A stretch of DNA of 63,580 nucleotides, the filler included, from Chiloscyllium plagiosum (lineage: Eukaryota), in NCBI RefSeq assembly GCF_004010195.1. It is 6 parts of one record of this genome, joined end to end, with 100 filler letters (N's around TTAATTAATTAA, not from the genome) between each part and the next. Parts side by side here need not be neighbours in the genome. Positions count along the whole stretch, not along the records: positions 60,283 to 63,580 come from NC_057711.1; 5 more parts are not named here. One strand, given 5' to 3'. Below are positions 62,350 to 63,580 of the stretch, piece by piece. A program made the position numbers and the translations under genes. The notes beneath the pieces were generated by a model. That model was not told where the DNA came from. It saw only the letters and a list, made by a program, of their open reading frames with translations, and made no database searches. Positions within the stretch are counted from its first letter, which is position 1. Each line of letters starts with the position of its first letter.

Positions 62350-63010
62350 TATGATCTATCAAGCCAAATTTCAGACTTGTCCAGTAATAACATCAACTGG
62401 GATCACATCACTGGTCAAACAAAGGTGGTAAAAAATTGCCATTGCTTGAATAAAGTAGTGCTCAATGTGTGTTTAGAAGTTTGTGGGGTGCATGAGAGTG
62501 CTGGCAGTCTGATATCCTGTCTGCCCCATTTCCTAGGTAATAGCATCCCCTGTAATGGCTGTCTTTTGCCTTTTAAAATGACCTCCCATAATTAGTTCCT
62601 GCTTCACAGAACTAAAGTCATAGAGATGTACAGCATGGAAACAGACCCTTCGGTCCAATTCGTCCATACTATCTTGTGCGTTTTGCTCTTATTTGAACAT
62701 CAAACATGTTTCTTGACAATTTATGGTCTTTACCTTTGAAAATCCCAGCAAATTATCGATATAGCATGGAAATTATCTGATCTTTGGGTAAAATACGGTT
62801 CCAACTGATTTAGAAATATCTTGGAATTGAGGTGGTTGTCCCTTGCCTTAGGTTGTTTATTTCTGGGATGTTCTTTGAGCTGTATTGTCGAAACAATGAC
62901 TTAGAGACTGCTTGCAAGTGTCCTCCTCTTGGTCTCAAAGATATGTAACTTTTGCACATGCATGACATGAGCTTCAGCTTTGAATTCTCATCTTATTTCT
63001 CCTATTTGTA
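62350..63010 (-). pseudogene. SMG6: Decayed SMG6-like segment P (PIN region)
   Basis: EINNLRQ ~ DIRELRA; QLEPYF ~ EIRPLF; IDNLLGF ~ IDHLASL; CLTSD ~ LLTDD. Confidence 0.5.
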
Positions 63011-63580
63011 TGGATAGCAAACCTCCAGCCAAGCACTGGAATGACTGAATCTAGATGTGAGAATGGCATCGTTGACACTTTCAGTTGTAGATGGACTGAG
63101 ACTAAGGCAGAAGCAGGCAGTATTACAGGATTAAATATAGGCAGTGCTTGTGATGGAGAATAACTATGAATAACTCAGTTTGAGTTTGCAAGCGGGCATC
63201 AGAGCCGCCCCGCATTTGCCACGGGACTATGCCTACATCGGTAAAACTATAGGAATTCATTTTGTGTTTTAAACGGTAGCCGCAGCTTAAACCCACAGAA
63301 CTCAGCAGCTGCCGGTCCGCCCACGTGACCGGGAGATGGGAGCCAGAGGACAGATCAATTCCACACTAGGCCAGACACTAACCATGACTCATAGACCGAA
63401 ACTCCGGAGCTAATTAATATGGAAACCCATCTCCTAATCAAATCAAGAGACTGACTGAAACACACCCATATTCATCAATACAGAACCACCCTGACACAAA
63501 GGACAGGCATCCACCAGACAGGAACGAACAGACTAATACACACCAGCACCCCAAGGGAACAAAGGGGGGGTGCTAGCCCC

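Noticed and set aside
63190..63580. CpG-containing stretch with GC box and CACGTG as a gene promoter
   Set aside because: Truncated by the window edge and equally consistent with a LINE 5' region; cannot be supported.

Overview
Repeat-rich vertebrate genomic DNA, most likely a cartilaginous fish (shark), inferred from the tRNA-derived HE1-type SINEs, CR1 LINEs and Penelope-like elements. I found no intact protein-coding gene, and most ORFs in the track are transposon debris or chance. The main result comes from hand translation of the AT-rich sequence between the transposons. Most of it consists of heavily decayed, apparently intronless copies of the C-terminal part of SMG6/EST1A (EST1 14-3-3-like domain, helical linker and PIN nuclease domain). 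About 15 segments, representing roughly a dozen units, are tiled across the window. Copies left of ~15 kb are on the + strand and copies right of ~22 kb are on the - strand. Outward transcription from the centre would therefore be antisense to SMG6 on both arms, which resembles a bidirectional piRNA-cluster or small-RNA locus (inference only). Also present: Penelope elements with minimal hammerhead ribozyme cores, short fold-back insertions with target-site duplications (TSDs), a Gypsy LTR followed by an over-long tRNA-Pro copy, and an LTR plus inverted partial LTR with a 4-bp TSD. Protein similarities were judged by eye against the human SMG6 sequence as I recall it, not by a search. Most boundaries are approximate (tens of bp).
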